64,000 bases of DNA from an uncultured cyanobacterium (GTDB lineage Bacteria; Cyanobacteriota; Cyanobacteriia; Cyanobacteriales; Nostocaceae), in contig OY970166.1 in assembly GCA_963706595.1 (NCBI GenBank), forward strand, positions 1,376,001 through 1,440,000, read 5' to 3'. Below the pieces are notes generated by a model. The model was not told the DNA's origin and made no database searches. It saw only the letters and a program-made list of their open reading frames with translations. This document shows positions 1 to 10,783 of the stretch, in pieces. The position numbers were made by a program, and so were the translations under genes. How positions within the stretch are numbered: position 1 is the first letter of the stretch; each line of letters opens with the position of its first letter.

Positions 1-1
1 G

Positions 2-526
2 TTAAGAGCGATCGCCGGATTATGGAATGCGGGTACTGGTCAAATTCTTCGCCCTGCTTTGTCAGAAATGATGTTTTTACCCCAACGTCCTTATATGGTC
101 TTGGGTTCGCTGCGAAGTCAGTTACTCTACCCCAATCCTGACAATGATATCCTCGAAAGCAAAATGCGCCATGTCTTAGAAGAGGTAAACTTGGCAGAGT
201 TACCAGAACGAGTTGGTGGCTTTGAAATCGAGTTAGACTGGGCAAATGTTCTCTCTTTAGGGGAACAACAGCGCTTGGCTTTTGCGCGACTGCTGCTGAG
301 TATGCCTAGCTATGTCATCTTAGATGAAGCTACAAGTGCGCTGGATTTAGCTAATGAAAAGAATCTGTATCAACAACTAAAAGCTAAAGGCACTACATTA
401 ATTAGTGTGGGACACCGCCCTAGTTTGTTACAGTACCATGAGTACGTGTTAGAACTCGATGGTAGCTCTAATTGGCGGTTGTTACCAATGGAGGAATATA
501 CTGTGAATTTGAATGCTTTTAGCTAA
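2..526 (+). CDS. ABC transporter ATP-binding/permease protein (ABCD/YddA-like), 3' part, truncated by window edge
   Basis: Open frame from base 2 (LRAIAGLW...FLPQRPY); LSLGEQQRLAFAR signature, Walker B ILDEATSALD, SVGHR switch. Confidence 0.9.
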   Translation, partial: LRAIAGLWNAGTGQILRPALSEMMFLPQRPYMVLGSLRSQLLYPNPDNDILESKMRHVLEEVNLAELPERVGGFEIELDWANVLSLGEQQRLAFARLLLSMPSYVILDEATSALDLANEKNLYQQLKAKGTTLISVGHRPSLLQYHEYVLELDGSSNWRLLPMEEYTVNLNAFS

Positions 527-622
527 TTTTACCCCATAAGTGCAGAGAAAATAACCCAAAGCCGATTAGTGGTAGGCGTTGATGGCGGGTCTAAATCCCC
601 CACCATAAGCCTTGATAACTGT

Positions 623-1162
623 TCACTGATTTAACCACCACTGCATAAAAACAGCACGACATTGTAAACAATAAAGATGGTTAAGTAAATCATTAACACC
701 AGTGATATTGATTGGGTAAATTGCACCAATATATTCTGGATCAATTTCCAGATTAGGTTCAATTTCAGCTACACAACCATAAAGTTTCTGATTAGAGAAA
801 GAACTATTCACCAACCACCCTTGAGTATTCAAGGCTGAAATTTTGGTAATATGATTTTCCCTAATTCCCAGTTCCCGCAACAGAATAGCTGAAACTGCAA
901 CTTCTGGAGATTCACCATCGCCCACACGACCACCAGGAAAGTCCAGGGTTAATTCCCCGACTCCAGGACGATAACTAGGCGGTGGGAGAATCATATAATT
1001 ATTCTGAATAGGTAATATTACAACTGAATCAGCTTTTTCAACCCGCCAATATTCTAATATTTGACCCTGATTATCTTGTAGATGTTCACCAATTACAGTC
1101 AGCCATTTTGAGCGTAACTCCAAAAAGCGATTCTGAACTTGCCACGGCTCTGATTGTTTCAT
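623..1162 (-). CDS. NUDIX hydrolase family protein
   Basis: LDFPGGRV...AILLRELG degenerate Nudix box; start moved to MKQSEPW because the upstream in-frame extension consists of SDR repeats. Confidence 0.75.
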   Translation of the reverse strand: MKQSEPWQVQNRFLELRSKWLTVIGEHLQDNQGQILEYWRVEKADSVVILPIQNNYMILPPPSYRPGVGELTLDFPGGRVGDGESPEVAVSAILLRELGIRENHITKISALNTQGWLVNSSFSNQKLYGCVAEIEPNLEIDPEYIGAIYPINITGVNDLLNHLYCLQCRAVFMQWWLNQ

Positions 1163-1171
1163 AAAGTTGAT

Positions 1172-1252
1172 AGCGATGGGTAAAGCCCCTCCTCCGGCGA
1201 TAGCGTTCGCGGAGCGTGTGCTTTGCACTCAGCGCTGCTGCAAGCAGATCGC
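1172..1252. repeat. Cluster of nested small dispersed repeats (SDR-like) in and around HIP1-type sites
   Basis: GCG-ctgctgcaagcag-ATCGC is a HIP1 site split by a mini-hairpin; adjacent GC-rich gcgttcgcggagcg unit. Confidence 0.5.
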
Positions 1253-1363
1253 ATCCACATTGCTACTCTCTCCATTTGCTGACAAACTAAACTTTATTGC
1301 TTCTTCAGTATTTTCTCACAATTAGTTAGGATTGTTATATATAGGCAGGTAGAGTATTGACAA

Positions 1364-2899
1364 ATGACTAAAAAGTGGTTTCAAATTGGGCTATTAAGTG
1401 TCTTTATCCTCTCAATAGGCTTACGGTTTTGGGGATTAGAGCGATTTAACACTCTAGTATTTGATGAAGCTTACTTTGCTAAATTTGGTAATAACTATCT
1501 CACCAATACACCATTTTTTAATGCTCATCCGCCTCTGAGTCAATATATCATTGGCATTGGTATGTGGATTGGTAGTCATCTGCCTTTTGGACAAGATACG
1601 GTAAATGAACTCACAGGTTCAGTGCGATCGCCTTGGAGTTATCGTTGGTTAAATGCCCTCACTGGCTCATTTATTCCTATAGTTGTCGCTGCTATTGCCT
1701 ATCAATTAAATCATCGTTATCGTTTTGCTTTACTAGCAGGTTTATTTACAGCTTGTGATGGTTTCTTTTTAGTTGAATCGCGATATGCTTTAAATAATAT
1801 TTATATTGTCATCTTTGGTTTATTAGGGCAATGGTTTTTACTATTAGCATTAAATAACCCAAATAATCAACGTTATTGGTGGTTAGTTCTGGCTGGTATA
1901 AGTTTTGGTGCATCAGCCGCCACTAAATGGAATGGCTTATGGTTTTTGTTAGGTGCTTATTTGATTTGGATAGCAGCTTATCTAATTCGGGGAATCCAGT
2001 CTTTTCCTAATACCCCAATTCGGCTGACATCTCCGGCAAAACTCATTAGACAAAGCCAGACTTTTTTGAGTGAGTGGTATCGTAAATGGATTGATATCAA
2101 TAAAACATCTCCAGAAATTGCCGTTCAGACACCACTACAAAATCTGACACAAATTAATATTGTGCAAATGCTGTTTTATCTGGGAATTATCCCAGCAATA
2201 GTCTACAGCGTCATCTGGATTCCTCATCTCCAGCTAGATAGAAGATATGGATTTATAGCAGTACATCAGAAAATTTTGAGTTTTCACCTCCAAATGGGTG
2301 GAAATAATGCCAATGTGCATCCTTACTGTGCCGCATGGTATAAATGGCCGTTAATGACTCGACCAATGGCTTATTATTATCAAACGGCTGAGAGTATTAA
2401 TCAACCATTGTCTATATTGCAGCCTCCTTTACCTGCGGGGACAGGAAAAGTTATTTATGATGTCCACGCAATGGGAAATCCTTTTTTGTGGTGGTTTGGT
2501 GTCACCGCTATTTTGTTTTTAGGAGTGATGCTAGTGTTAAAAGTGGTGATTCCTTGGTGGCAACAAAAGCATTTTTCTCTGCCTGCAAATCTTGCTGTTG
2601 ATACTTGGATTGCTTTATATTTAGTTTTGAATTATGCTGCTAACTTATTACCTTGGGTAAAAGTAACAAGATGCGTTTTTATTTACCACTATATGTGTGC
2701 TGTGGTATTTGTATTTTTAGCGATCGCTTGGTTTGTAGACCAGTGTCTTAGCAGTTATTACCGAACAATTCGGGCAGTCGGAGTCACCATAACATTCCTA
2801 ATTTTAGCAGCCTTCATTTTTTGGATGCCGCTATATTTAGGTTTACCCCTATCCCCAGAAGGTTTCAAAATCAGAATGTGGTTTAACACTTGGATTTAA
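1364..2899 (+). CDS. Protein O-mannosyltransferase-like (PMT/GT39) membrane glycosyltransferase
   Basis: VFDEAYF, AHPPL, ATKWNG, HPY..W..WP, GNP..WW and FIYHY motifs; multiple TM segments. Confidence 0.85.
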   Translation: MTKKWFQIGLLSVFILSIGLRFWGLERFNTLVFDEAYFAKFGNNYLTNTPFFNAHPPLSQYIIGIGMWIGSHLPFGQDTVNELTGSVRSPWSYRWLNALTGSFIPIVVAAIAYQLNHRYRFALLAGLFTACDGFFLVESRYALNNIYIVIFGLLGQWFLLLALNNPNNQRYWWLVLAGISFGASAATKWNGLWFLLGAYLIWIAAYLIRGIQSFPNTPIRLTSPAKLIRQSQTFLSEWYRKWIDINKTSPEIAVQTPLQNLTQINIVQMLFYLGIIPAIVYSVIWIPHLQLDRRYGFIAVHQKILSFHLQMGGNNANVHPYCAAWYKWPLMTRPMAYYYQTAESINQPLSILQPPLPAGTGKVIYDVHAMGNPFLWWFGVTAILFLGVMLVLKVVIPWWQQKHFSLPANLAVDTWIALYLVLNYAANLLPWVKVTRCVFIYHYMCAVVFVFLAIAWFVDQCLSSYYRTIRAVGVTITFLILAAFIFWMPLYLGLPLSPEGFKIRMWFNTWI

Positions 2900-2926
2900 A
2901 TTCAGGCATCATCATTAATAGACATA

Positions 2927-3010
2927 TAGCAGTATCCACTTCAATGAAGTACATCATAGCCCCCTCATCGCTTGCGGGGAGGGGGTTGGGGGTGGGGTTA
3001 TTATATTTCA
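2927..3010. mobile_element. Truncated copy of the MITE at 56354-56458 (opposite orientation)
   Basis: aagtacatcatagccccctcatcgcttgcggggagggggttgggggtggggtt is the exact reverse complement of the core at ~56384-56436. Confidence 0.7.
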
Positions 3011-3115
3011 AACAAAGAATGTAGAGACATTGCAGACAACATCTCTACAAAGGCACACTGAAAATGCTTATTTAAATTCGGTCGATGACAAATAAAAATT
3101 TATAACCAGCATCAT

Positions 3116-3604
3116 TTAATCCTCTGGTAAATTGGCAAATGTCTGTGCCACTAAATCCCTAGTCTTATTTTCTAAACATTGCCAATCCACCTCACCAGCC
3201 TGATCAATTAAACTAGGATCAATATTTGCGGCTTCACTCACAGGAGAGTAATTTATAAAACACACTTGATAACAAATTTCCCACAAATCTATACTCACCT
3301 GATGCTGTTGACGTTGCAAACGCAGATGATATCCTGGATGGGGCATGGGCAGGTCAGTAAGAGTTGCGCGAATTTCATCTGCCTGTTCTAAGGTCGCAGT
3401 TTCCATTTCTGCCAACAACTGAGTTACCAAAGCTTTAATTTCATCAGTGATGTTAGCTGGCCAAATCAGGACATCATGGTAAGTTCCCTTCCAAGTAGAA
3501 GTATCAAGATGCTTGCGAATATTATCGACAACACGAATAAAAGCCGGCTGCATGAGGAGTTCAGCCTGCTGCCATGTGACTGGATTAGTTATTTTAGGTG
3601 GCAT
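3116..3604 (-). CDS. Conserved cyanobacterial hypothetical protein
   Basis: W.QAELLMQPAFIRVVDNIRK.L and DLWE.CYQVCF motifs typical of a cyanobacterial family. Confidence 0.75.
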   Translation of the reverse strand: MPPKITNPVTWQQAELLMQPAFIRVVDNIRKHLDTSTWKGTYHDVLIWPANITDEIKALVTQLLAEMETATLEQADEIRATLTDLPMPHPGYHLRLQRQQHQVSIDLWEICYQVCFINYSPVSEAANIDPSLIDQAGEVDWQCLENKTRDLVAQTFANLPED

Positions 3605-3768
3605 TGGTAGTACACTGGGACACTAAATGACAAATAAACAGTCTAAGTTGATTAAAAAGCTAATTTTTTAGTTTAAATCTTTATCCCAAGATAGCGGATT
3701 TCATTCAAGAAAATTTGGAGATACTTATTAGCAGTCAGAAAATTAAGTAATAACTCTGAGGGGAAAAT

Positions 3769-5649
3769 ATGATTGGCAAGCTTCTAGACCATCGTTACCA
3801 AGTGATTCAAGTCCTGGCTCAAGGGGGATTTGGTCAAACCTATATAGCCCAAGATACTAGGCGGCCAGGCAACCCTATCTGCGTTGTTAAGCATCTCAAG
3901 CCTGCAACTTCTGACCCCAGGGTTTTTGAGACAGCCAAGCGTTTATTTAACAGCGAAGCTGAAACCTTAGAAAATTTAGGCAATCATGACCAAATACCCC
4001 GGCTACTGGCTTACTTTGATGAAAACCAAGAATTTTATTTAGTCCAAGAATATATTGCCGGACAAACCTTAGCTGAGGAACTCATACCCGGTCAGCCTTG
4101 GAATGAAAGCCAAGTCTTGCAACTTTTGCAAGGAGTTCTGGAAATCCTAGTTTTTGTTCACGGACAAGGCGTAATTCACCGCGATATTAAGCCAGATAAC
4201 ATTATCCGTCGCGCCTGTGATCAGAAATTAGTGTTAGTAGATTTTGGGGCAGTCAAGCAGTTAAGATTACCAATGGTCAGTGTTGGCGGGCAACCTACAG
4301 CTACAGTTGCCATTGGGACTCCCGGCTATATGCCTACGGAACAAGGACAAGGTAAACCCCGCCCCAACAGTGATATTTATTCTTTGGGTATTATTGCGAT
4401 TCAAGCGCTCACAGGAGTCCCCGCAGCTGAATTACCAGAAGACCCCAATACTGGAGAACTTCTTTGGCAGCATTTAGCATCAGTAAATGATCGGTTGGCA
4501 TCTGTGCTGACCAAAATGGTGCGTTATCACTTTAAAGACCGCTATCAAAGTGCAACAGAAGCCCTGCAAGCTTGTATCAGCACGACTCATCCGGTAGTTA
4601 CACCTGCCACACCTCCAGAATCATTTCAAAATCAGCAATACCAACCTACTAAGTCTTTATCTCAAGTATCCCCACAAAAAACTGTTGCAGTAGCGCCAGC
4701 AAATCCTGTTCCTGTCAAACCAGTTAGTCAAGAATCTTACAAACTCGACCCGTGGCCGTTCTTAATTGGTTTATTTTTGGCTGGTGGGGCTGCGGCTGTG
4801 GCTACAAATGTCTATCCAAATGTGAGGAATTTAGCTGCTAATTTTACGGGTAACAATACTGCAACGGACAATTGCTTGGCTGTAGTGGCTGGTAATTCTA
4901 ATGTTCGTTCTGAACCTAGCTCGATTAATTCTGATAATGTGGTGCAAAAGGTTGGTGAAAATACTGGGTTTGAAGTGACTGGTAAGCGCACAAAACGGGG
5001 TTGGGTAGAAGTTAAAATCAACTCTGGTGGTTTGGCTTGGGCGCACCTAGATGTAATTACTAATAATGAACAGTGGGTTTCTTGCCTAAGAGACAAAGGC
5101 ATTGCTATTAATACAGTCGATGATCGTAATTTGATTGCAACTCGACCGATTCCTCAACCTAAACCACAACCTACGCCAGAAGCGGCAGAGACACCAAATC
5201 AGTCAGAGTCCATTGAAGATAGTGAAAAAATTATCGCAGAAGCTAAACAGAAATATGAATCAGGAGATTTGCGAGGTGCGATCGCACTACTCCGGTCTAT
5301 TCCTGGTCATGCTTCTTCTGGCTTGAGAGAGACAGTTGCCATGATTAATCAATGGCAAAAAGATTGGGCGAAAGCGGAGGAGTTATTTAATGACATCAAT
5401 CAGGCAATAGACAAGGGTGAATGGGACAAAGTTCTAGATTATAAAAATCATGCCGAAAAGTTGCCTGATACTCAATATTGGCGCAACAAAATACAACCGT
5501 TATTTCAACAAGCCGATGAAAATTTGACAAAACAGGCATCACCTGGGGTAGATAATCAGCACCAGTCCCAACCAGAAATTCCCAATCCTGAAAAAGCATC
5601 AGCAACAGAAGAGGCAGGGGAGCAGGGTGCAGGGAGCAAGGGGGAGTGA
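3769..5649 (+). CDS. Ser/Thr protein kinase with TM helix and extracytoplasmic SH3b-like domain
   Basis: GGFGQTY, VVKHLK, HRDIKPDN, DFG, GTPGYMP.EQ; TM LIGLFLAGG...; SH3b-like NVRSEP...GWVEV. Confidence 0.93.
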   Translation: MIGKLLDHRYQVIQVLAQGGFGQTYIAQDTRRPGNPICVVKHLKPATSDPRVFETAKRLFNSEAETLENLGNHDQIPRLLAYFDENQEFYLVQEYIAGQTLAEELIPGQPWNESQVLQLLQGVLEILVFVHGQGVIHRDIKPDNIIRRACDQKLVLVDFGAVKQLRLPMVSVGGQPTATVAIGTPGYMPTEQGQGKPRPNSDIYSLGIIAIQALTGVPAAELPEDPNTGELLWQHLASVNDRLASVLTKMVRYHFKDRYQSATEALQACISTTHPVVTPATPPESFQNQQYQPTKSLSQVSPQKTVAVAPANPVPVKPVSQESYKLDPWPFLIGLFLAGGAAAVATNVYPNVRNLAANFTGNNTATDNCLAVVAGNSNVRSEPSSINSDNVVQKVGENTGFEVTGKRTKRGWVEVKINSGGLAWAHLDVITNNEQWVSCLRDKGIAINTVDDRNLIATRPIPQPKPQPTPEAAETPNQSESIEDSEKIIAEAKQKYESGDLRGAIALLRSIPGHASSGLRETVAMINQWQKDWAKAEELFNDINQAIDKGEWDKVLDYKNHAEKLPDTQYWRNKIQPLFQQADENLTKQASPGVDNQHQSQPEIPNPEKASATEEAGEQGAGSKGE

Positions 5650-5775
5650 AGAGGCAGGGGAGCAGGGTGCAAGGGGGAGTAAGAAATTACTTTAAACTTC
5701 CGCTTACTTCACAACCATTCCTCTTCTCCCCTGCCCCCTGCACCCTGCCCCCGTTCCTCTTCTCCCCTGCCCCTT
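5608..5775. repeat. GAGCAGG/CCCCTG-type short repeats forming an inverted pair between convergent genes
   Basis: gaagaggcaggggagcagggtgc twice, followed by complementary cccctgcccc runs. Confidence 0.6.
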
Positions 5776-5815
5776 GTCCTCTTCCTGGACACAAAATTAA
5801 TATTCTATTTTGGCG

Positions 5816-6481
5816 TTAGTGCATTTCGTCATATTCTGGGGCTTCAACTCGTCTGGCTTCCATCCGCGAAGAAGGCAAAAATTCAGCGCGACGTACAGGA
5901 GCTAAGGGGGGTGTGGCACCGTGATAAGGATGCATTACTTGTACTGTCCGTGTAGGACGCTGCCGTGGTGAAAATAAAGCCAATACACCAGCGACTACAA
6001 CACCACCGCCAATGGTGAGAGTTGCACCTCCTACAGCCCAAAGCATGGGCGAAGACCACCAAGAATCTTCAGTTTGAGGCTTGAGTACTTCTGCTACAGT
6101 TCTTTGGCTATTTTGTTGGGCTAATTGCATCTGCTGGTTATTCCAATTTTGGAATTGGAACTGGAGTTGTTGGTTTTGCGCTCTTAACTGCTCGTTATCG
6201 CTTTTTAGCCGTTCTAACTGCATATTTAGCCGTTCCATTTCCACACGCTGCTCTGGATTAGCCTGGGCAGAGGGTTGATTGGGATTAGGATAATATGGAT
6301 TCACCCCGTAAGGCGGATACATTGGGGTTTGCGGCATCATCGGCAGCGCTAGATTAGCCGGCATCTGCGGCGAAGAAACAGCGAAATTACTTTGCAAGGG
6401 ACTATCTGCGCCCCTGAGCATTACAAGCGCAGCCAGCCCAGCTACGGCGACTCCGCCGATAAATGCCATACTCTCACTCAT
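5816..6481 (-). CDS. patN: Heterocyst patterning membrane protein PatN
   Basis: N-terminal hydrophobic segment, Gln-rich coiled coil, second TM segment; sits directly downstream of trpA as in Nostoc/Anabaena. Confidence 0.8.
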   Translation of the reverse strand: MSESMAFIGGVAVAGLAALVMLRGADSPLQSNFAVSSPQMPANLALPMMPQTPMYPPYGVNPYYPNPNQPSAQANPEQRVEMERLNMQLERLKSDNEQLRAQNQQLQFQFQNWNNQQMQLAQQNSQRTVAEVLKPQTEDSWWSSPMLWAVGGATLTIGGGVVVAGVLALFSPRQRPTRTVQVMHPYHGATPPLAPVRRAEFLPSSRMEARRVEAPEYDEMH

Positions 6482-6708
6482 CGCCTTTGCTCCTCTTTCA
6501 CTTGTGACTGACTCACTCTCACACTCATTATTATTCGCCTACTCAACGTCACATAATACTCAACTATAAGCGACCGGACGAGCTAGTTTTTTTACAGCCT
6601 ACTATGTGCTGTTAATATTCAAAACTATATTCGCTAAATTGTCCACCAAATCATGGTAAAAAAACAACGCTGTGATCTTTTTTAATCTACTTTCTCTTTT
6701 TGGGCAAG

Positions 6709-7527
6709 TCAAGTGTTTTTACTGTTGCCAGTAGTCTGAATAGCAGCTTTGAGACTTTGACAAAATTCAGCGATCGCCTTGAGTCCCTGCTCTGGTGTCC
6801 CCTCTGCTAAACGTTTGACAAAGGCACTACCCACAATGGCCGCATCTGCTCCCCATTCTCTGACTTGACGAGCTTGTGCAGGTTCGGAGATGCCAAAGCC
6901 GACTCCGATAGGTTTGTCAGTAAAACTACGAATTTCTTTCAGTAAATCTGAGACTCGTGATTCCATTTGAGTTCGCATCCCGGTGACACCGGTGACACTG
7001 ACCAAATAAATAAATCCTTGGGAAGAACGAGCGATCGCTTCTATCCGGTCAGCCGAACTGGTAGGAGCCACCAACAAAGTTAAATCGATTCCCATCTCAC
7101 CGGCTGGTTTGAGCAAGCCTGCTGCCTCTTCTAAGGGCAAATCTGGAACAACTAAGCCTGATACCCCAGCCGCAGCAATTTGTTCGAGGAACTTGTCAAC
7201 GCCCCGGTACAAAATGGGATTGTAGTAAGTAAACAGGATTATAGGCGATCGCAAACTCGGAGTAGTAGCTTGCAACATTTCCAACACCTGTTCTAACTTT
7301 GTCCCTCGTTGCAAAGCGCGGGTAGCAGCCGCTTGAATCACCGGACCATCTGCAAGCGGATCGGAGTAAGGCACACCCAGTTCAATAATATCGGCTCCAT
7401 GAGTATCCAGAACCTTCAAAGCTGCTGCTGTTGTAGCTAAATCTGGATCTCCAGCAGTAATAAACGGAATCAGAGCGCACTCTCGATTTCGTCCCAAGGT
7501 ATTAAAGCAATCAGAAATCGCGGTCAT
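6709..7527 (-). CDS. trpA: Tryptophan synthase alpha chain
   Basis: [39 protein letters not shown]. Confidence 0.98.
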   Translation of the reverse strand: MTAISDCFNTLGRNRECALIPFITAGDPDLATTAAALKVLDTHGADIIELGVPYSDPLADGPVIQAAATRALQRGTKLEQVLEMLQATTPSLRSPIILFTYYNPILYRGVDKFLEQIAAAGVSGLVVPDLPLEEAAGLLKPAGEMGIDLTLLVAPTSSADRIEAIARSSQGFIYLVSVTGVTGMRTQMESRVSDLLKEIRSFTDKPIGVGFGISEPAQARQVREWGADAAIVGSAFVKRLAEGTPEQGLKAIAEFCQSLKAAIQTTGNSKNT

Positions 7528-7596
7528 GAGTCAAAAATTAGGAATCAGTGGTCAATGGTCAGTTATTTGTTGTTTGTTAACTGACCAATGATAACT

Positions 7597-7908
7597 TTAC
7601 ACTTGAGTTTGTGATTCTTGTGCGATTTCGGCTTGAATTTTTGCTAGTTCTTCGGGAGTCAGTTCATCCAGCCGTTTTTGGAGAAAAGCTTTTTCATACT
7701 GTTCGCGTTGTTCATGGTAGGTCATTTTATTTCCCACCGCGCGGAATATGTAAGAAGCTAACCAGCCAAGCAAACCACTAACCAGTAAGACTTGGCTCCA
7801 GATTCCAGCTTGTTGACCATCTAAACCCACTAGCTGTAAACCTACATATCCCAAACCACCAGCAATAAAAACACCCAAGCCAATTCCAATAGCGTCAATG
7901 CGTCGCAT
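7597..7908 (-). CDS. DUF3007 family membrane protein
   Basis: MRRIDA... two TM segments, MTY..Q...YE...LQKRL.EL; lies between ndhL and trpA. Confidence 0.85.
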   Translation of the reverse strand: MRRIDAIGIGLGVFIAGGLGYVGLQLVGLDGQQAGIWSQVLLVSGLLGWLASYIFRAVGNKMTYHEQREQYEKAFLQKRLDELTPEELAKIQAEIAQESQTQV

Positions 7909-7932
7909 GAGAGTTATGACCTACCAATCTAT

Positions 7933-8145
7933 TTACACTTCAATTTGTCGTGGCCGGGGTCGAAGATTCACAAAAGGTGATAAAACTAACATCCCAGGCA
8001 AAAAGAAAAACACCATAAAATACATCACCGTCCGCTCGATGGAGCTAGCGACATACCAACGCTGTTTCAGGTACAGCATAACAACAGCAGGGATTGCTAA
8101 CAGATAAGCTCCAGCCAGAGCCAGATACAGCAGGGCTACAATCAT
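7933..8145 (-). CDS. ndhL: NAD(P)H-quinone oxidoreductase subunit L
   Basis: [29 protein letters not shown]; start at MIVALLY. Confidence 0.92.
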   Translation of the reverse strand: MIVALLYLALAGAYLLAIPAVVMLYLKQRWYVASSIERTVMYFMVFFFLPGMLVLSPFVNLRPRPRQIEV

Positions 8146-8221
8146 AGATTTTCTCTTTAAAGTGGACAAGAGCATTCAGTGCATCTATTTTCCATCATAG
8201 GCTGAACCACTCTGCAAGGCA

Positions 8222-8278
8222 GAAGTCAAAAGTCAAAAGTTTACCCTGAGCGCAGCCGAAGGGTCAAAAGTCAAAAAA
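8222..8278. repeat. STRR (GTCAAAA)n interrupted by SDR1-like element ccctgagcgcagccgaaggg
   Basis: Heptamers on both sides of a 20-nt GC-rich unit. Confidence 0.6.
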
Positions 8279-8556
8279 CTTCTTTTATTCATAAAAACGC
8301 AATATTTGATTTTTACCAGATGTGGAAAATTTTTTTGGATATTTCTGATATGTGTGCTACAGTTACAAAGGCACTAAAAAAGAATTGCTTAAGTAAAGCA
8401 AGATTGAAGATCCTAAAACCAGATAAATTCAGAAGAAACAGCAGAAACTTCTAAATCTGGAAAAAACTTTTCAATTTAGTTGTACAAAACACGCAATTAA
8501 TGCTAAATTAGGCAGGAGTTATTTGCTGCCTAAAGCAAAAGTGACTCCCAATAAAC

Positions 8557-8894
8557 GGGGGTGTGGCGGAATGGTAGACGCTACGGACTTAGAAAACTGG
8601 GCCTTGATTGAGAAATCTTTCAAGTGTAAGCTCTCAAATTCAGGGAAACCTAAATCTGTTTACAGATACGGCAATCCTGAGCCAAGCCGAAACAAGTGCT
8701 GAGTGTTGAAACTCATAACTCATCGGAAGGTGCAGAGACTCGACGGGAGCTACCCTAACGTCAAGACGAGGGTAAAGAGAGAGTCCAATTCTCAAAGCCG
8801 AAGGTTGTTAAAACCTGGCAGCAGTGAAAGCTGCGGGAGAATGAAAATCCGTTGACCGTAATAGGTCGTGTGGGTTCAAGTCCCTCCACCCCCA
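8557..8894 (+). tRNA. trnL: tRNA-Leu(UAA), split by a group I intron (exon 1 8557-8590, exon 2 8844-8894)
   Basis: Acceptor stem GGGGGTG/CACCCCC + discriminator A; D-arm TGGCGGAATGGTAGACGC; spliced anticodon loop CTT^AAAA; T-loop TTCAAGT; CCA not encoded. Confidence 0.97.
8591..8843 (+). ncRNA. Self-splicing group I intron (253 nt) in trnL(UAA)
   Basis: Conserved core AAATTCAGGGAAACC, GCAATCCTGAGCC, GTGCAGAGACTCGACGG, AGAGAGTCC; ends in ...GAGAATG (omega-G). Confidence 0.96.
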
Positions 8895-8916
8895 CTAAAA
8901 AGTTAACATACAAGCT

Positions 8917-8944
8917 AACCTGCCTAGATGAATATAGGCAGGTT
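8917..8944. terminator. Hairpin terminator between trnL and the convergent CDS
   Basis: Perfect 10-bp stem AACCTGCCTA/TAGGCAGGTT. Confidence 0.7.
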
Positions 8945-8951
8945 TAATTGT

Positions 8952-9875
8952 TTATAGAACTTTTCCCCGGCGTTCATCTAGGGAAGCTAGGGCTGCACCA
9001 GCAGTTTCAGCGATAATACTAATGAGACGATAGGAAGCGATCGCACTAATGATAACCGCAGATGGAAACCTGTGCTGCAAAAGTGCGATCGCAGTCACTT
9101 CAAATACACCCAAACCACCAGGCGCACCCGGAACCACAAAACCTAACAACCAAGCAAAGCTAAAAGCCCCTAATAATAGAGGTAATTGGCTGATATGCAA
9201 TGGCGTTAGGGCAAACACAGTTAAAATAAAGCCAGCACTACGCAGTCCTAAAAAGCCTAATTCCCCCAACAAAGGTATGAGAGGATAGCGTTTAACCTTG
9301 AAAGGAATCGTAAGCTCAGTAGTAGTAGCAGATTTTTTTGCCTTTAATTTGTAGACAAAGCGAATCGCTGGATTCAAAAATCGGGGATGAACCGTACACA
9401 GCAGCACAGCCAAACACAAAAATTGTAATATTTGTACAGACAGAGAATTATCAGTAGCGGCAAATTGACTGCCTAAAACAACAATAATCATTAAAGCCGC
9501 AGCCGCCATCAGTAGAGGTTCTAGCAACACACTTAAAGTAGCAGCCCCAGCCGGGATATTAGCATTTTTCGCTGCCACAATGCGCCCATAATGATGCCAG
9601 ACATTACCCGGTAAATACTTGGCAATATTTGTTTTTAGATAGACTTGAATAAATTCCGAACATGGCACAGATTGATCTAATTCGTGAAGAATCCAAGTCC
9701 ATATCCAACCACCCCAAATATGTGCCAGTAAAGTTACGCCTGTAGCTATGCACAGAATTGCCCATCCGACTGCATCAATTTGGATTGCTATCACTTGGGA
9801 CCAGTTATCCTTAAGGGCTTTCCCTAAAAAAAATAGCGTTCCGCCTAAAATTAGCCAGCGTAAAAATTGCTTCAT
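8952..9875 (-). CDS. Lysylphosphatidylglycerol synthase TM-region (UPF0104) family membrane protein
   Basis: AKYLPGNVW, PGAPGGLGVFE, YRLI motifs; many TM segments. Confidence 0.85.
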   Translation of the reverse strand: MKQFLRWLILGGTLFFLGKALKDNWSQVIAIQIDAVGWAILCIATGVTLLAHIWGGWIWTWILHELDQSVPCSEFIQVYLKTNIAKYLPGNVWHHYGRIVAAKNANIPAGAATLSVLLEPLLMAAAALMIIVVLGSQFAATDNSLSVQILQFLCLAVLLCTVHPRFLNPAIRFVYKLKAKKSATTTELTIPFKVKRYPLIPLLGELGFLGLRSAGFILTVFALTPLHISQLPLLLGAFSFAWLLGFVVPGAPGGLGVFEVTAIALLQHRFPSAVIISAIASYRLISIIAETAGAALASLDERRGKVL

Positions 9876-10140
9876 CTTTTGAAAAAATAAAAATCTTATA
9901 AATCACCACAACCGCGTTCATTATCGCCGTAAATCTCTCTACAGTTAGATAAAAGTTTGATTTTAGTATCAGCAATATTGTTACCTACGCTAGAGGCAAA
10001 CTTTTAAAAAAATTCGTAATCTTAGTAAGGGTTATCAAACATTTGCCATGTCTAACACCAAGCAAGAATTTGCTGATTATCCAAACTACTAAACTAAGCA
10101 AATCAATAACCTATTTTTCTGTATGTAAAAGGAGGGCTAG

Positions 10141-10707
10141 ATGAACAGTGTGATAGCTTTCTGGAAAAAGTTAAAACTACGCCAGATTTTAACTATCTTT
10201 GTAGCTGGGCTATTGCTAATAGTTACCACTGCTTGTAGTGGCGCAAATCCTCAAGGCGCAAATCCTCAAAATCCCGCCGTTCAGGCTGGGGGTGCTAACA
10301 ATCCTTATAAAGGTGGTGGAGACAAATATACCAAATATAGAATGACTACAGATCCCAAAGCCATTGAAAGGGAAGAGAAAAAAGAAAAAGAGCAAGCTAG
10401 TTTACAGTCAGATTTACAAGTTTTGATTGCCATAAATAGAGACTCTGAAATACTTTATCCCGGCGCTGAAACACCAAAAGGTAGAGTTGAAAAAGAAAGA
10501 GAATTGCCAATCATCACTGACAAAAACTTTCAAAGACCTGCTCCTGGTGGTTTAATTCAACGAGAACCAGATGTAGGAACTCGCATTCAAGAACGCATTG
10601 AAACAGTGCAGGATTCAGTTAAACAAGCTTCTAGTTTTTTGCAAGACAAAGCAGAAGAAGCAAGTTCCCGACCTGAGTTACAAAAAAATCCAGCCGTAGG
10701 TAAATAG
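10141..10707 (+). CDS. Cyanobacterial hypothetical lipoprotein
   Basis: RBS GGAGG; signal peptide ending in lipobox TTAC; PVQAGG.NNPYK motif. Confidence 0.75.
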   Translation: MNSVIAFWKKLKLRQILTIFVAGLLLIVTTACSGANPQGANPQNPAVQAGGANNPYKGGGDKYTKYRMTTDPKAIEREEKKEKEQASLQSDLQVLIAINRDSEILYPGAETPKGRVEKERELPIITDKNFQRPAPGGLIQREPDVGTRIQERIETVQDSVKQASSFLQDKAEEASSRPELQKNPAVGK

Positions 10708-10783
10708 AACTTTCTTATACAGACGAGATTCATCGCGTCTCCACAAGGGCAATTCTGATCATAAGCATTTCAGGAGTGAAATT

